Shown in pieces: positions 51,003-62,152 of a stretch of 64,000 nucleotides of DNA. Position 1 is the stretch's first letter, and each line of letters opens with the position of its first letter. The notes beneath the pieces were generated by a model that worked only from the letters and a program-made list of their open reading frames with translations, was not told the DNA's origin and searched no databases. The DNA lies in contig JBLIEO010000002.1 of NCBI GenBank assembly GCA_047633095.1, forward strand, positions 21,424-85,423. The letters are read 5' to 3'. Position numbers and translations under genes: made by a program. The stretch comes from Maribacter sp. Lineage in GTDB: Bacteria; Bacteroidota; Bacteroidia; Flavobacteriales; Flavobacteriaceae.

Positions 51003-51544
51003 AACCTTGCAGAATTTAAAGATGGCAAAATCAAATCTTTGTCTGAAACCTTAATATTTTCAGATTGTACTTTCCAATCAATATTTAAGGTTTGATCTTT
51101 ATATATTATACCACCCTCGGCATCCTTATTATAATAGTTATCACATTTGTAAAAAAACTCAGCCGTGTCAGACAAAACAGAAAAACCATGTCCAAAACCT
51201 CTTGGAATAAACAATTGTTTTTTATTTTCCTCACTTAACTCTATAGCTACGTGTTGTCCAAAAGTTGGTGAATTTTTTCTCAAATCTACTGCAACATCTA
51301 ATACTTTGCCGCTTAGAACCCTTACCAATTTAGCCTGGGCATGTTCTCCTATCTGATAATGAATTGCCCTAATGGTACCGTAATTAGAGAATGACTGATT
51401 GTCTTGTACAAAGCTCGCAGTTTCATGTATTCCCGTATTAAGCCTTTGGACATTAAAGGACTCAAAGAAATACCCACGGTCATCAGCAAATATTCTTGGT
51501 TCTAAAACAAAACATCCTTTAAGTTTGGTTTCGGTGAATATCAT
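50999..51544 (-). CDS. rfbC: dTDP-4-dehydrorhamnose 3,5-epimerase
   Basis: [29 protein letters not shown]. Confidence 0.97.
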   Translation of the reverse strand: MIFTETKLKGCFVLEPRIFADDRGYFFESFNVQRLNTGIHETASFVQDNQSFSNYGTIRAIHYQIGEHAQAKLVRVLSGKVLDVAVDLRKNSPTFGQHVAIELSEENKKQLFIPRGFGHGFSVLSDTAEFFYKCDNYYNKDAEGGIIYKDQTLNIDWKVQSENIKVSDKDLILPSLNSARL

Positions 51545-52410
51545 TTGTTCTTGTTTAGTATTCCTAGCAAATTCTTACCATAGCCGCTTTTCATTAAAGG
51601 CTCTGCCAATGCTTTAAATTGTTCTTTGCTGATGTATCCCATTTCATAGGCAGCACCTTCAATTGCTCCAATTTTTAGTCCTTGTCTCTCCTCAATAACT
51701 TCAACAAATTGCGATGCTTGCATTAAAGATTGAAAAGTTCCGGTATCTAACCAAGCAGTTCCTCTATCCAATATGCTTACACTAAGCTTGCCGCGTTTTA
51801 AATATTCCTTATTTACATCTGTAATTTCTAATTCACCTCTTGGGCTAGGTGGTATATTAGTAGCAATTTCTACTACTTCGTTATCATAAAAATAGATTCC
51901 TGGTACTGCAAAATTAGATTTAGGTTCAACTGGTTTCTCCTCTATACTAACTGCTACTCCATTGTCATCAAATTCTACTACTCCGTATCGTTCTGGATCA
52001 TGTACCCTGTAGGCGTATATAACTCCACCATCCGGGTCATTATTAGACTGTAATAATTTGGCTAGCCCAGAACCATAAAAAATATTGTCCCCTAGTATCA
52101 ATGCTACCTTATCGTTTCCTATAAAATCTGCGCCAATTATAAAAGCCTCGGCGAGACCGTTTGGAGCATCCTGAACAGCATAAGAAAAACTACAGCCATA
52201 CTTTTTGCCATCACCTAACAAATCTTCAAAAAGAGGAAGGTCCTTTGGTGTAGAAATTATTAAAATCTCCCTAATTCCGGCGTACATTAATGTAGACAAA
52301 GGATAATAAATCATTGGTTTATCATAAACCGGCATCAGTTGTTTACTGACCGAAAGAGTTAGTGGATGAAGTCTAGTGCCAGAGCCACCAGCTAAGATTA
52401 TTCCTTTCAT
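51541..52410 (-). CDS. rfbA: Glucose-1-phosphate thymidylyltransferase
   Basis: [39 protein letters not shown]. Confidence 0.98.
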   Translation of the reverse strand: MKGIILAGGSGTRLHPLTLSVSKQLMPVYDKPMIYYPLSTLMYAGIREILIISTPKDLPLFEDLLGDGKKYGCSFSYAVQDAPNGLAEAFIIGADFIGNDKVALILGDNIFYGSGLAKLLQSNNDPDGGVIYAYRVHDPERYGVVEFDDNGVAVSIEEKPVEPKSNFAVPGIYFYDNEVVEIATNIPPSPRGELEITDVNKEYLKRGKLSVSILDRGTAWLDTGTFQSLMQASQFVEVIEERQGLKIGAIEGAAYEMGYISKEQFKALAEPLMKSGYGKNLLGILNKNK

Positions 52411-52431
52411 ATTTACAGGGTTTATTGCTTT

Positions 52432-53475
52432 TTAAGAATACATTTTTTTGTAATATTCTTTATAATCTCCAGAAGTAACATGATTAAGCCATTCTTCATT
52501 AGAAAGATACCAATCTACTGTTTTTTCTAAACCTTCTTCAAAAGTAACAGAAGGTTCCCAGCCAAGCTCCCTATTTATTTTTGAAGCGTCTATGGCATAC
52601 CTAAGGTCATGGCCAGGCCTATCGGTGACATTAGTTATCAATTCTCTTGAAGTACCCTCTGCCTTTCCAAGTTTCTTGTCCATAACATCACAAAGTAATT
52701 GAACCAAGTCAATGTTTTGCCATTCATTAAAACCTCCAATATTATACGTTTCATGGTTTTTGCCTTTGTGAAATACAAGGTCTATTGCTGCGGCATGATC
52801 CTCAACAAAAAGCCAATCTCTAGTATATTTTCCATCTCCATAAACAGGAAGTGATTTGCTTTCCAATATATTGTTGATGAAAAGGGGAATTAATTTTTCC
52901 GGAAAATGATAGGGGCCATAATTATTGGAACAATTAGAAATTACATATGGCAAGCCATATGTTTCGCCATAAGCCCTTACAAAATGATCCGAACTTGCCT
53001 TTGAAGCGGAATACGGAGAGTTTGGATCATAAGAGGTTGTTTCCGTAAACAAGCCTGTGTCACCTAGAGACCCATACACCTCATCTGTACTTACGTGATA
53101 GAAAAGTTTATCCTTGTAATTTCCCTTCCATGTATTCTTTGCTGCATTTAAAAGGTTAACGGTTCCAATTATATTGGTTCTAACAAAGGCAATAGGATCA
53201 GTTATCGAGCGGTCTACATGGGATTCCGCAGCTAAATGTATAACTCCGTCAAAAGATATTTTCTTAAAAAGTTCCTCAAGAAAATCCGCATCGGTTATGT
53301 CACCTTTAATGAAGGTGTAGTTAGAATATTTTTCTATATCCCTTAGGTTTTCAAGATTGCCAGCATAAGTCAATGCATCTAAATTATAGATTTGATAATT
53401 TGGATACATTGTGACAAACCTCCGTACTACATGCGACCCAATAAAACCTGCTCCTCCCGTAATAAGTATATTCAT
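52432..53475 (-). CDS. rfbB: dTDP-glucose 4,6-dehydratase
   Basis: GGAGFIG, AAESHVDRS, STDEVYG, YSASK, DRPGHD. Confidence 0.98.
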   Translation of the reverse strand: MNILITGGAGFIGSHVVRRFVTMYPNYQIYNLDALTYAGNLENLRDIEKYSNYTFIKGDITDADFLEELFKKISFDGVIHLAAESHVDRSITDPIAFVRTNIIGTVNLLNAAKNTWKGNYKDKLFYHVSTDEVYGSLGDTGLFTETTSYDPNSPYSASKASSDHFVRAYGETYGLPYVISNCSNNYGPYHFPEKLIPLFINNILESKSLPVYGDGKYTRDWLFVEDHAAAIDLVFHKGKNHETYNIGGFNEWQNIDLVQLLCDVMDKKLGKAEGTSRELITNVTDRPGHDLRYAIDASKINRELGWEPSVTFEEGLEKTVDWYLSNEEWLNHVTSGDYKEYYKKMYS

Positions 53476-53497
53476 GTATGAATGTTTTTGTTCAATA

Positions 53498-54490
53498 CTA
53501 TAATTGTTGTGCCCTCTTGTTCAAAAACCCTATCAATGAAACCAAAAAGAATAGCCCAACTAAACCTAGTGGTATAATCACTATCCCTTTAACAAAGAAG
53601 AATTTCTGAACCGGTCGGGACTTACCGAAGTTTATCACCTTAATGACCTCGGTACGGTCTTCTAATTCTATCTTTTTAGACTCAATATCCCGAATCAAAG
53701 TATTCTTAAGGTCAAATAGTCCAGTTATGTTTACCGATTCTTTATTATCCAAAACAATTCGCTCATTACCGACAGGTGCATTTTCTGCTCCCATCTTTTT
53801 GGCATAATTAGAGATGATTTCGTCTACTTGTTTTAAAAGCTGATTATTTTCATCTATTCTAGATCTTGCATTTGTGCTATAAATAGTTATGAGTCCTTGA
53901 AAATAATCGTTTGCATTAATATAGTTCATGACTTTTTCTGCAAAATTCTCACCTAACACCGCATCTTTATATAAGAAAGTAATCCTATGATTATAAGAAC
54001 TCTTGTTCTGTAGTTCTGCTCTAACAATATCAGAAATGGCCTCTGTATTTTCAAAACTTTGTAATAATTCTAAATACTGGCTATCACCCTCATCACCCCC
54101 CTCAGACTTTACCCTGCTTATAGAAACCTCTAAACCTTCAAAACTAATGTCATCTACACCAATAGACTTAAAAAATGCGGTATCCTTAGCCTTTAAATTT
54201 CCTTGTATTTCATCTATCACATCATACAGGTAATTCTTAGAGTCTATTTGTGGCTTTACGATGACCTCCGTCTTCAATTTCTTGGAAATGATTTTACTTA
54301 GGCCATACCCAATTCCACCACCAACTAACACTAAGGCTAAAAGAATTATTGCGTTTTTCTTCAAGTACAGAAATACCTTTAAAAACCCTCTGAACAGACT
54401 ATTAAATCCGTTCCCTATCATCCGGAACAATTGTCCCAAGTCGATTTCATCGGAACTATTTTGATTAGCTGGTGTTTTATTCTCTGCCAT
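53498..54490 (-). CDS. Chain-length determinant-like protein (Wzz-like)
   Basis: N-terminal DEIDL, two TMs flanking a coiled-coil periplasmic domain, first gene of the cluster. Confidence 0.7.
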   Translation of the reverse strand: MAENKTPANQNSSDEIDLGQLFRMIGNGFNSLFRGFLKVFLYLKKNAIILLALVLVGGGIGYGLSKIISKKLKTEVIVKPQIDSKNYLYDVIDEIQGNLKAKDTAFFKSIGVDDISFEGLEVSISRVKSEGGDEGDSQYLELLQSFENTEAISDIVRAELQNKSSYNHRITFLYKDAVLGENFAEKVMNYINANDYFQGLITIYSTNARSRIDENNQLLKQVDEIISNYAKKMGAENAPVGNERIVLDNKESVNITGLFDLKNTLIRDIESKKIELEDRTEVIKVINFGKSRPVQKFFFVKGIVIIPLGLVGLFFLVSLIGFLNKRAQQL

Positions 54491-54494
54491 TGTA

Positions 54495-56177
54495 CTATGA
54501 ATTAAAAATCTGTTTTAAAATCTTGTCCGTAATCAAATACGTAGGTTTTACGCCTGTAGTGCCAAGCCCTCCGGAAGCTAGAGTACTTCCCGTTTCCAAA
54601 GGATTATCTGATGCGTAATAGGCGTATCTGACTTTGACATTCTCCCCTATACTTTTTCTTATTTTTGATGCAGACTGTATCGCTTTCTGATAATGTACGC
54701 CTTCCATTTCCAATCCAATTACATTCCATGTCGATTTGTGAAAAAACTTTAAAATATCCTTGTTCTGTAATGATGTTCCTAAAACGGTTACCATCGTGCC
54801 TTCAAATACCTTAAGGCCATATCCTTCAAAATCTTTGGCACACAACTCATTTTTAAATGGATAATTATCTGCCGTTCCTTCAAAAATATGAGCCGAAGGT
54901 ATCATCAAGTCCCCTTTACCCCCCTCTAATATTCCTGCCTTACCCATTATTGAAACAGATTCAACATTAATCAAAGATTCATTGTTCTTTTTTGTGCTAT
55001 AGGGCTTTAATAGTTCATCGATAGTCTCATATGCTTGTTCTCCGAATGCGTAATCCATAACAAATATAACAGGTTTTTTATCATTCTTTTTGGCAGGAAA
55101 TACATAGGAACAATTATTTATTCCAATCTTTGCCGTGTCGAATATCTGAACATCAATATTAGTTCCCGAAGTATCATCGATTGATATCATTCCGTTATTT
55201 TCTGCCAAATCTGTTACCTTTTTTCTTAAGGCAGCATTCCCTGAGCTACTTAATGCCTCAAATATGTCTAGAGAACCAGAATTTGGGAATTCACTTGACA
55301 GTGCGGCTTTTGCAAAAAGTGAATTCATAACACTGTGCATATTAGCAGAGATGATATGAATTGGTCTGTGTAATAGGTTGTTTTTTACTAAGGTACTTTT
55401 AATATTGTTGGCCCATATTTCACCATGAATATGATGCCCTAATCGTTCTCTTAATAACGCACTAAAAGTAATAGCCCTTTTCTCCCCAGTAATTTCTTCC
55501 TCCAGTGCCAGTTTTCCAAGCCAGTAAACTATTTTTAAAAATCGTTCAGGGTTGGTTTTGGTACTGAACTTTTTATATACTTCTACTATTTCTTCAAAAG
55601 ATCTACCTAAAATATTTGCTGTATGAATTAAGGCTATTTCTCGTTCCGGCTGGGTCAGTTCTTTCTTATTAACTGCATTTTCAAGCTTCGACCAATCCCT
55701 GATGGTTTTTTCAGATTCTGGAATTAAGACTCTCCTACAAATTTTTTCAGATTCAATAAACAAGAAAGTCAAATGGGTAAGAATATCATAGATATCAGAA
55801 CGGCCTCTGGTAATCTCAATATTCATCTGCTCATCATCAATGCGGTAACAATTTCTTCTTCTTTTTGGGGGTATAATTGGATTAATGTGGGAAATGCCAT
55901 AGCCCTCATCTGAGGTTAAACTTATAAACCTACACTGTTCAATTCCTTCAGGAAGCCGCTCAAGAACATAAATGAGTCCATTTAATTCTGCTTTCTCCTC
56001 ACCGACCGAACCATAGATTTCTGGTCTTAATTGTAGTAGTGCATTTTTAAGTGCTTCGCCCGAAACGCCATTTGGTTTGTAAAAACCTCGATTAAAAAGG
56101 TGCCGCATACTAATATACAAGCGTTCAATTGCATTCGTAGATTCTTGGGCGCGTGATGGTGTTATTGTTTTTCCCAT
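54495..56177 (-). CDS. Conserved Flavobacteria protein (DUF6909-like; nucleoside-phosphorylase-like C-terminus)
   Basis: IISANMHS, DYAFGEQA, MGKAG, GLEMEG, YYASDNPL. TAATTTTG -7 element at 56192-56199. Confidence 0.7.
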   Translation of the reverse strand: MGKTITPSRAQESTNAIERLYISMRHLFNRGFYKPNGVSGEALKNALLQLRPEIYGSVGEEKAELNGLIYVLERLPEGIEQCRFISLTSDEGYGISHINPIIPPKRRRNCYRIDDEQMNIEITRGRSDIYDILTHLTFLFIESEKICRRVLIPESEKTIRDWSKLENAVNKKELTQPEREIALIHTANILGRSFEEIVEVYKKFSTKTNPERFLKIVYWLGKLALEEEITGEKRAITFSALLRERLGHHIHGEIWANNIKSTLVKNNLLHRPIHIISANMHSVMNSLFAKAALSSEFPNSGSLDIFEALSSSGNAALRKKVTDLAENNGMISIDDTSGTNIDVQIFDTAKIGINNCSYVFPAKKNDKKPVIFVMDYAFGEQAYETIDELLKPYSTKKNNESLINVESVSIMGKAGILEGGKGDLMIPSAHIFEGTADNYPFKNELCAKDFEGYGLKVFEGTMVTVLGTSLQNKDILKFFHKSTWNVIGLEMEGVHYQKAIQSASKIRKSIGENVKVRYAYYASDNPLETGSTLASGGLGTTGVKPTYLITDKILKQIFNS

Positions 56178-56231
56178 TTTAGGATTTCAAACAAAATTAC
56201 AATTAAAATTTAAGTTCCTTTAGCTTGGTTT

Positions 56232-57731
56232 TTATTGCAGTTTATAGCTTAATAGTTTTTCTGCCACTTTTCTGTCGTTGGAAAGACGCTGTACCTTGTT
56301 TTGTCCGCCCAACTTGCCAATAGATTTCATATAGGCCCTAAACCCTCCTAATTGTATGGTCGTAATTTTCAAAGTCTGCAATATTTTTCCTTTTATTAAA
56401 TCATTATAATAACTATTCTGAAGTTGAAGCGCCTTATCTAATATTTGTATGAATGCAGCCATATCATTTGGTTCCTTTTCAAATTCAATTAGCCATTCGT
56501 GATAGGGAAGTTCATTATTTTCTGGTATAATTTGCGGAGCTACGGTGAACTCGTTTACGCTTGCCCCTGTCTTTTCCGTAGCCTCTAACATGGCCTCCTC
56601 TACTTCTTTCGCTATTACATGTTCCCCAAAAGCAGAAATGAAGTGTTTGATTCTTCCTGAAACAATTAATTTAAAGGGGCTTAGAGAAGTAAACCGAACG
56701 GTATCTCCTAGGTTATAGGCCCACAAACCAGCATTTGTAGATATAATCATCACATAATCAACATCTTTAACTACGTCCTTAAGTGTAATGCGCTTTCTAT
56801 TCTCCGATGAAAATTCATCTGCCTTCACGAACTCATAAAAAATTCCAGCATTTAGAAGCAGCAGCAATCCCTTATCCTTTTGGGAATTTTGATAAGCAAA
56901 AAACCCTTCGCTGGCAGGAAATAATTCGATACTTGCAACTCGCCTTCCTATAAGGCTCTCAAACTTTTTCCGATATGGTTCGTAATTTACACCCCCGTAT
57001 ATAAAGAGCTCAAAATTTTCGAAAAGCTCGCCAATATTTCGATTGGTCGTTTCCTGTAATTTCTCAAAATACATCTGTACCCAAGAAGGAATTCCTGCAA
57101 TTACAGTCATATCTTGGTCCTTCGTCTCTTCTACTACTGCATTTACTTTAGTTTCCCAATCGTCGATACAATTCGTTTCCCAGCTTGGTAATCTATTTTT
57201 TTGTAAATAATTGGGAATATAATGAGCAGCTATACCAGAAAGTCTGCCCAATTTAACACCGTTTTTTTCTTGAAGCTCCGGACTACCCTGTAAAAATATC
57301 ATTTTTCCATTTACAAAACCAGCCTTTCCCGTTTCATGAATATAATTGAGCATAGCGTTTCTAGACGCCTCTATTTGATATTTAATAGATTCCTTTGTTA
57401 TGGGTATGTATTTAGCCCCGGAAGTGGTGCCCGATGTTTTTGCAAAATATACCGGTTGTCCTGGCCAGAGTATATCGATTTCTCCCTCCACGACTTTGTT
57501 TACGTAGGGTTTCAACTCTTCATAATCTCGTATTGGAACCTGTTTTGAAAAATCCTCAAAAGAGCGAATAGTTTTAAAACCATGGTCCTTGCCAAATTCA
57601 GTATCGGCGGCTTTATCTAAAAGTCCCCTAAAAACCCTCTGCTGTGTTTGTATTGGATTATTGACCCATCTTTGGGTCTTTCCATGTATATAATTTGCAA
57701 AAACCTTGGCGGCTACTTCTTTTAGGGACAT
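56232..57731 (-). CDS. GH3 auxin-responsive family adenylating enzyme
   Basis: AKTSGTTSGAKYIP, PASEGF, YNLGD, GR, GGQNKVQRL. Confidence 0.92.
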   Translation of the reverse strand: MSLKEVAAKVFANYIHGKTQRWVNNPIQTQQRVFRGLLDKAADTEFGKDHGFKTIRSFEDFSKQVPIRDYEELKPYVNKVVEGEIDILWPGQPVYFAKTSGTTSGAKYIPITKESIKYQIEASRNAMLNYIHETGKAGFVNGKMIFLQGSPELQEKNGVKLGRLSGIAAHYIPNYLQKNRLPSWETNCIDDWETKVNAVVEETKDQDMTVIAGIPSWVQMYFEKLQETTNRNIGELFENFELFIYGGVNYEPYRKKFESLIGRRVASIELFPASEGFFAYQNSQKDKGLLLLLNAGIFYEFVKADEFSSENRKRITLKDVVKDVDYVMIISTNAGLWAYNLGDTVRFTSLSPFKLIVSGRIKHFISAFGEHVIAKEVEEAMLEATEKTGASVNEFTVAPQIIPENNELPYHEWLIEFEKEPNDMAAFIQILDKALQLQNSYYNDLIKGKILQTLKITTIQLGGFRAYMKSIGKLGGQNKVQRLSNDRKVAEKLLSYKLQ

Positions 57732-57736
57732 AGTTT

Positions 57737-58606
57737 TTAATTAAAATCAATGAAGTCTAAGGGATTCACCGGGTTTCCGTTGTCCCAAAGTTCGAAGTGT
57801 AAATGTGGCCCTGTTGTAAGCTCGCCCGTGTTTCCTACCGAAGCAATTACTTCACCGCCCTGCACCACTGCACCCTGGAATTTGGCCAAGGAACCATTGT
57901 GTTTGTAAACAGTAAGTAAGCCGCCCTCATGCTCCAAAATGATAACATAACCAGTCTCCGCAGTCCATTCTGAAAAAATTACGGTGCCATTGGCAGCAGC
58001 TTTTACTGGTGTATCGCTTGGCGCAACCACATCCACCGCGTAGTGTTTCTCTTCTGCATTAAAGGGCATGGTAATGCTTCCTGTTATAGGCGGAAAAAGC
58101 ACCATGCTTTTTTTATCTGAATTCCTTTCAAACAAATTGTACTTGTCCTCCAAGGCTACTTCTGCCCTTAACAGGGAATCCTGCCTCGTTGGTGTTAAGT
58201 CTATAGATGCTGGGTCTATTTTAAATTGTTGGAATAACGAGTCTCTGTTTACCTCATTATTCTCTATGTCTCCTTTGAGCACCATTCTAATATTATCTAA
58301 ATACCTATTGGTATACCTCAGGACTCGCACTAAAGAGTCGGTTTTGTAGGTAAGCTCTGTGGCTTGCTTTTTAAGTTTGGTTGAAGAATAACCTGGAATA
58401 TATTCCCTCAATGGAGTAAAGGCAATCAGTAATATGGTTAAGCCAATTAGACCGATCATTAATAATGATCCAGTAACAAAAACATTTAACCTACTTAGCT
58501 TAAAGGATATCTTTTCCTCAAAAGTACTTTCATTAAGTATCACCAACCGATACTTATGAAGCAATTTTCGCTTAATTTCCTTTCTTTTTTTTTGCTTTTT
58601 GGCCAT
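57737..58606 (-). CDS. M23 family metallopeptidase
   Basis: HYAVD, YKHN, TGPHLHFE; N-terminal TM. TATCTTTG -7 element at 58612-58619. Confidence 0.93.
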   Translation of the reverse strand: MAKKQKKRKEIKRKLLHKYRLVILNESTFEEKISFKLSRLNVFVTGSLLMIGLIGLTILLIAFTPLREYIPGYSSTKLKKQATELTYKTDSLVRVLRYTNRYLDNIRMVLKGDIENNEVNRDSLFQQFKIDPASIDLTPTRQDSLLRAEVALEDKYNLFERNSDKKSMVLFPPITGSITMPFNAEEKHYAVDVVAPSDTPVKAAANGTVIFSEWTAETGYVIILEHEGGLLTVYKHNGSLAKFQGAVVQGGEVIASVGNTGELTTGPHLHFELWDNGNPVNPLDFIDFN

Positions 58607-58810
58607 TGTAACAAAGATAAACTTAGAAATTAAAATACGAGCTATTCGTGCAAAAAATATAAGCAGTACTGGAGCACCCTCGTTCTAAGGGTTTTGCTTC
58701 AAAAGAGCTGTGTTTTCCTCATAATTTCTAATTCGCATTTGCATACGTTAATGTTCTAGCTATATAAACTAGATTTTATTACCTTCGTAAAAGTTTTAAA
58801 AGATAACGAT

Positions 58811-58999
58811 ATGATATTTTCGAACATAATATTGGCTATTGGCCCATGGCAGATTGGCATCGTAGTACTGGTTGTGCTTCTGCTTTTTGGAGGAAAGAAA
58901 ATTCCTGAATTAATGCGCGGCCTTGGTAGTGGCATTAAAGAGTTTAAAGACGCCTCTAAGGAGGAAGATGAGCAACTAGACGAAACAAAAAAAGACTAG
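58811..58999 (+). CDS. tatA: Sec-independent translocase TatA/TatE
   Basis: [24 protein letters not shown]. Confidence 0.95.
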   Translation: MIFSNIILAIGPWQIGIVVLVVLLLFGGKKIPELMRGLGSGIKEFKDASKEEDEQLDETKKD

Positions 59000-59025
59000 T
59001 CGCACCTTCCCTTTTTTAAAATCTT

Positions 59026-59053
59026 AGCCATAAGTTTATCTTATGGCTTTTTT
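59026..59053 (+). terminator. Rho-independent terminator of tatA
   Basis: AGCCATAAG-TTTAT-CTTATGGCT followed by a T tract. Confidence 0.8.
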
Positions 59054-59404
59054 ATTTTAAAATCTCATGCTCTGCCTACGATTTTCGTACACGAAACAAA
59101 TCACAAGTTTTTAGCTACACCACCCTAAATACGGCTCTAAATTTGTTAGAATTATATAGGTTTTAAGAAATATCCTCAATATTATATTGTCTATTTCCAG
59201 AAGAATCCAACTAAATTCTCTAAATTTTAGGACTATATTTAATTTTCTGTAAATCATTTTTATAATGATACACTACAAATTATATAGCTTTCACAACAAA
59301 ATATAATGCTATTCCTCCATTACCTCTATTTTCGTAACTCGGAAGGATTGACAATCAATTATAACCAAATAAGTTTATGTTTATTTTAAACTCAAGCTTT
59401 AATC

Positions 59405-61843
59405 ATGAAAAAATATTTTAGCGCTTTTACACTTCTTTTTTGCTGTTGTGTATTTCCACAAAGCCTTCAAGAAACAAACACTACAAGCCAAAGGACGAAA
59501 GGGGATGTCTCTAGGGTGTATCAGCCCGAGGATGCAGAAACTAACAACCAAAACACTTTTATCGTTGCAGCCTTAGAAAACGGTATTCCACAGCGAACAT
59601 TTACAGGTATCCCAGATGTAAAAAATGGCTATTACTCGGTTTCGGGTGTTTTTAGTCAATCGAAGAAATTAAGCGCGCAAGTAAAGAAGCTTTCTGAAAA
59701 AGGATTTGATTCAGGGTATTTTAAAAATCCTGAGAACGACCTGTACTACCTTTATGTAAATAGATACAATACTTGGGAATCTGCTATAAATGCCCATCGA
59801 TCTAAATTCGATAATAAATTCAAGGATGATGTTTGGATACTCCAAGTTACTAATAGTGTTTCCGCTACTGAAGTGCTTTCCAACAATACAATAGTCGAAA
59901 CGAGTATTCCAAAGAAAAAAAAGGTCGAAAGACATGCTAAATCAACTTCGTCTGACAAACTTATTAAAAGAGCCGACGAATATTTTAATAAAATGTGGTA
60001 CGCCGAAGCCTCTAATCTTTACGAACAGGCTTTACAAGATAGAGGTAATTACTCTTTTGAGATATTAGAAAAAGCAGGTGATGCAAACTACTTTAACACC
60101 AATATGGAACAAGCCTACAAATGGTATGCCATTTTGCATGAAGAATATGAAGAGGAAATGTCTTTAGATAATATTTTTAAATACGCACATTCCTTAAAAG
60201 GCAACGGTAAATACGGAAGATCAAAAAGACTCATGCGTCTTTACAATAAAAAGATGTTGAGTGAACGTGAGAGTTCGTCCGTAGTTGAAAAAAACGAAAT
60301 GGTACTGGATAAAATATTAAACTCCCCTAAGAAATTTGAAATCCAAAATCTAAGTGTCAATTCAGAATACTCTGATTTTGCTCCTATGTTCCATAATGAA
60401 AATGATATCGTATTTGCCTCTGCAAACAATTCATCCTTTTTAACCTCCAGAAGGCATAAATGGGACAACCAACCTTATTTAGATTTATACATAGGACAAC
60501 TTAACGAAGAGTCGTCCGATATTAAAAATGCAATAAAATTCTCTAAGAAACTAAACACAAAATATCATGAGGCTACAGTTACCTTCTCTCCTAACAATAA
60601 GACCATGTATTTTACTGGAAACAACTACGGGAAAAAACTTAAAAGAGACAGCAAGGGAATCAATCATTTAAAAATCTACCAATCACAAAAAGTAGATGGT
60701 GAATGGACGGAAGCTACCGAGCTTGCTTTTAACAGCGACTCGTATTCCACAGGTCATCCGGCACTTAGTAAAGATGGGAAAAAACTTTACTTTGTTTCAG
60801 ATATGCCAGGCAGTATGGGTGATTCGGATATTTTTGTGGTTGATGTTCTTGAGGATGGTAGCTTTTCTTCCCCAAAAAACCTTGGCCCTGAAATAAACAC
60901 AGAACAAAAAGAAATGTTCCCATTTATTAATGAAGAGAAATTATACTTCTCCTCCAACGGTCATCCCGGGTTAGGTGGTTTAGATATTTACGAAGCTACA
61001 TTTGACGAAGAAAATGGATTTTCCACAGTAAAAAATATTGGGATGCCCATTAACAGTAACAAAGACGACTTCTCTTATATTGTAAACGAAGAAACTAAAA
61101 AAGGTTTTTTTGCTTCTAACCGCGAAGGTGGTAAAGGCTTTGATGACATCTATTCCTTTAAACATCTTATAGTAGAAGACGTTACTACAAACATAAATGC
61201 TATTGCGGGTATTGTTACAGAACTTTTAACAGGCGATGTTATGCCTAAGGCATTGGTGCAGCTTCTAGATGAAAACAATGTTAAGCTGAAGGAGATAGAA
61301 ACAGGTGAGGACGGCAGCTTTATATTCGAAGATTTAGATACCAACACCAAGTACATCCTTAAAACGCATAAGGAAACATTCTTTGTAAGCGAACTAGAAA
61401 TAGCCACTATGGAAAATGACACCATTAATGTGACCGCTGCTATGAAAAAGCTCAAGGAAATGATTGATGTAGAAGACGGTATTCGAAAGCTGAAAACAGA
61501 AATGATTCATTTTGATTTCGACAAATCTTATATTAGGGAAGATGCAAGTAAAGAATTAGATAAGCTTATCAAGGTAATGACGGAGTATCCAAATATGGTC
61601 ATCAAAATTGCGTCTCATACCGATTCCAGAGGTAGCGCCGTCTATAACTATTCCCTTTCCGACAACAGGGCAAAAGCTACTAGGGAGTATATTATATCTA
61701 AAGGCATTGATACCAACCGTATCGAAAGTGCAATAGGCTACGGGGAACAACAATTGCTTAACGAATGTTACGGTAGGGTTGCGTGCCCCGAAGAAAAACA
61801 CGCCCTAAACCGTAGATCAGAATTCATTATCGTAAATATGTAA
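59405..61843 (+). CDS. OmpA-family PorE-like protein (SPOR-like, TPR, PD40 propeller, CRD, OmpA_C)
   Basis: GHPALS..GKKLYFVSD and GLGGLDI PD40 repeats; IHFDFDKS, SHTDSRG, LSDNRA, NRRSEF OmpA_C. Confidence 0.88.
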   Translation: MKKYFSAFTLLFCCCVFPQSLQETNTTSQRTKGDVSRVYQPEDAETNNQNTFIVAALENGIPQRTFTGIPDVKNGYYSVSGVFSQSKKLSAQVKKLSEKGFDSGYFKNPENDLYYLYVNRYNTWESAINAHRSKFDNKFKDDVWILQVTNSVSATEVLSNNTIVETSIPKKKKVERHAKSTSSDKLIKRADEYFNKMWYAEASNLYEQALQDRGNYSFEILEKAGDANYFNTNMEQAYKWYAILHEEYEEEMSLDNIFKYAHSLKGNGKYGRSKRLMRLYNKKMLSERESSSVVEKNEMVLDKILNSPKKFEIQNLSVNSEYSDFAPMFHNENDIVFASANNSSFLTSRRHKWDNQPYLDLYIGQLNEESSDIKNAIKFSKKLNTKYHEATVTFSPNNKTMYFTGNNYGKKLKRDSKGINHLKIYQSQKVDGEWTEATELAFNSDSYSTGHPALSKDGKKLYFVSDMPGSMGDSDIFVVDVLEDGSFSSPKNLGPEINTEQKEMFPFINEEKLYFSSNGHPGLGGLDIYEATFDEENGFSTVKNIGMPINSNKDDFSYIVNEETKKGFFASNREGGKGFDDIYSFKHLIVEDVTTNINAIAGIVTELLTGDVMPKALVQLLDENNVKLKEIETGEDGSFIFEDLDTNTKYILKTHKETFFVSELEIATMENDTINVTAAMKKLKEMIDVEDGIRKLKTEMIHFDFDKSYIREDASKELDKLIKVMTEYPNMVIKIASHTDSRGSAVYNYSLSDNRAKATREYIISKGIDTNRIESAIGYGEQQLLNECYGRVACPEEKHALNRRSEFIIVNM

Positions 61844-61870
61844 AACCATTTACACCCACATATTTTGAAA

Positions 61871-61899
61871 CCGTTGATATATACATTGACGATTTTTTT
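61871..61899 (+). terminator. Possible terminator after the OmpA-family gene
   Basis: CGTTGAT-ATATAC-ATTGACG stem with G-U pairs, then a T tract. Confidence 0.4.
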
Positions 61900-62152
61900 G
61901 TTTTTATCCTATAGTAATTGAAGGTGTCTTTAGTTTCTTTGGCCATAGGAAAAGACAAGCTTTAATGCATTTCCTTTTAGAAAATAAACCAACAGAAAAA
62001 CTGCTGTTATTTCATCGAATAAAATAACAGTTTATAGATTCTTCAAAATAAGGCTTACGCTTGACAGGAAAAACAAGGGTTTGGTCTAATCTATATTCAG
62101 TCTTCAAGAAATAAGTAGATATTTGGTTTTAACAATATAAAAACCTCAAATT

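Noticed and set aside
58581-58600. Long T/A homopolymers at the M23 gene start as a phase-variation site
   Set aside because: They encode a Lys-rich N-terminus (KKQKKRK), are in frame, and are ordinary for an AT-rich genome.
54495-58606. M23 / GH3 / DUF6909 block as an auxin or host-interaction system
   Set aside because: Appears to be a widespread conserved Flavobacteriaceae block; nothing in the sequence points to auxin.
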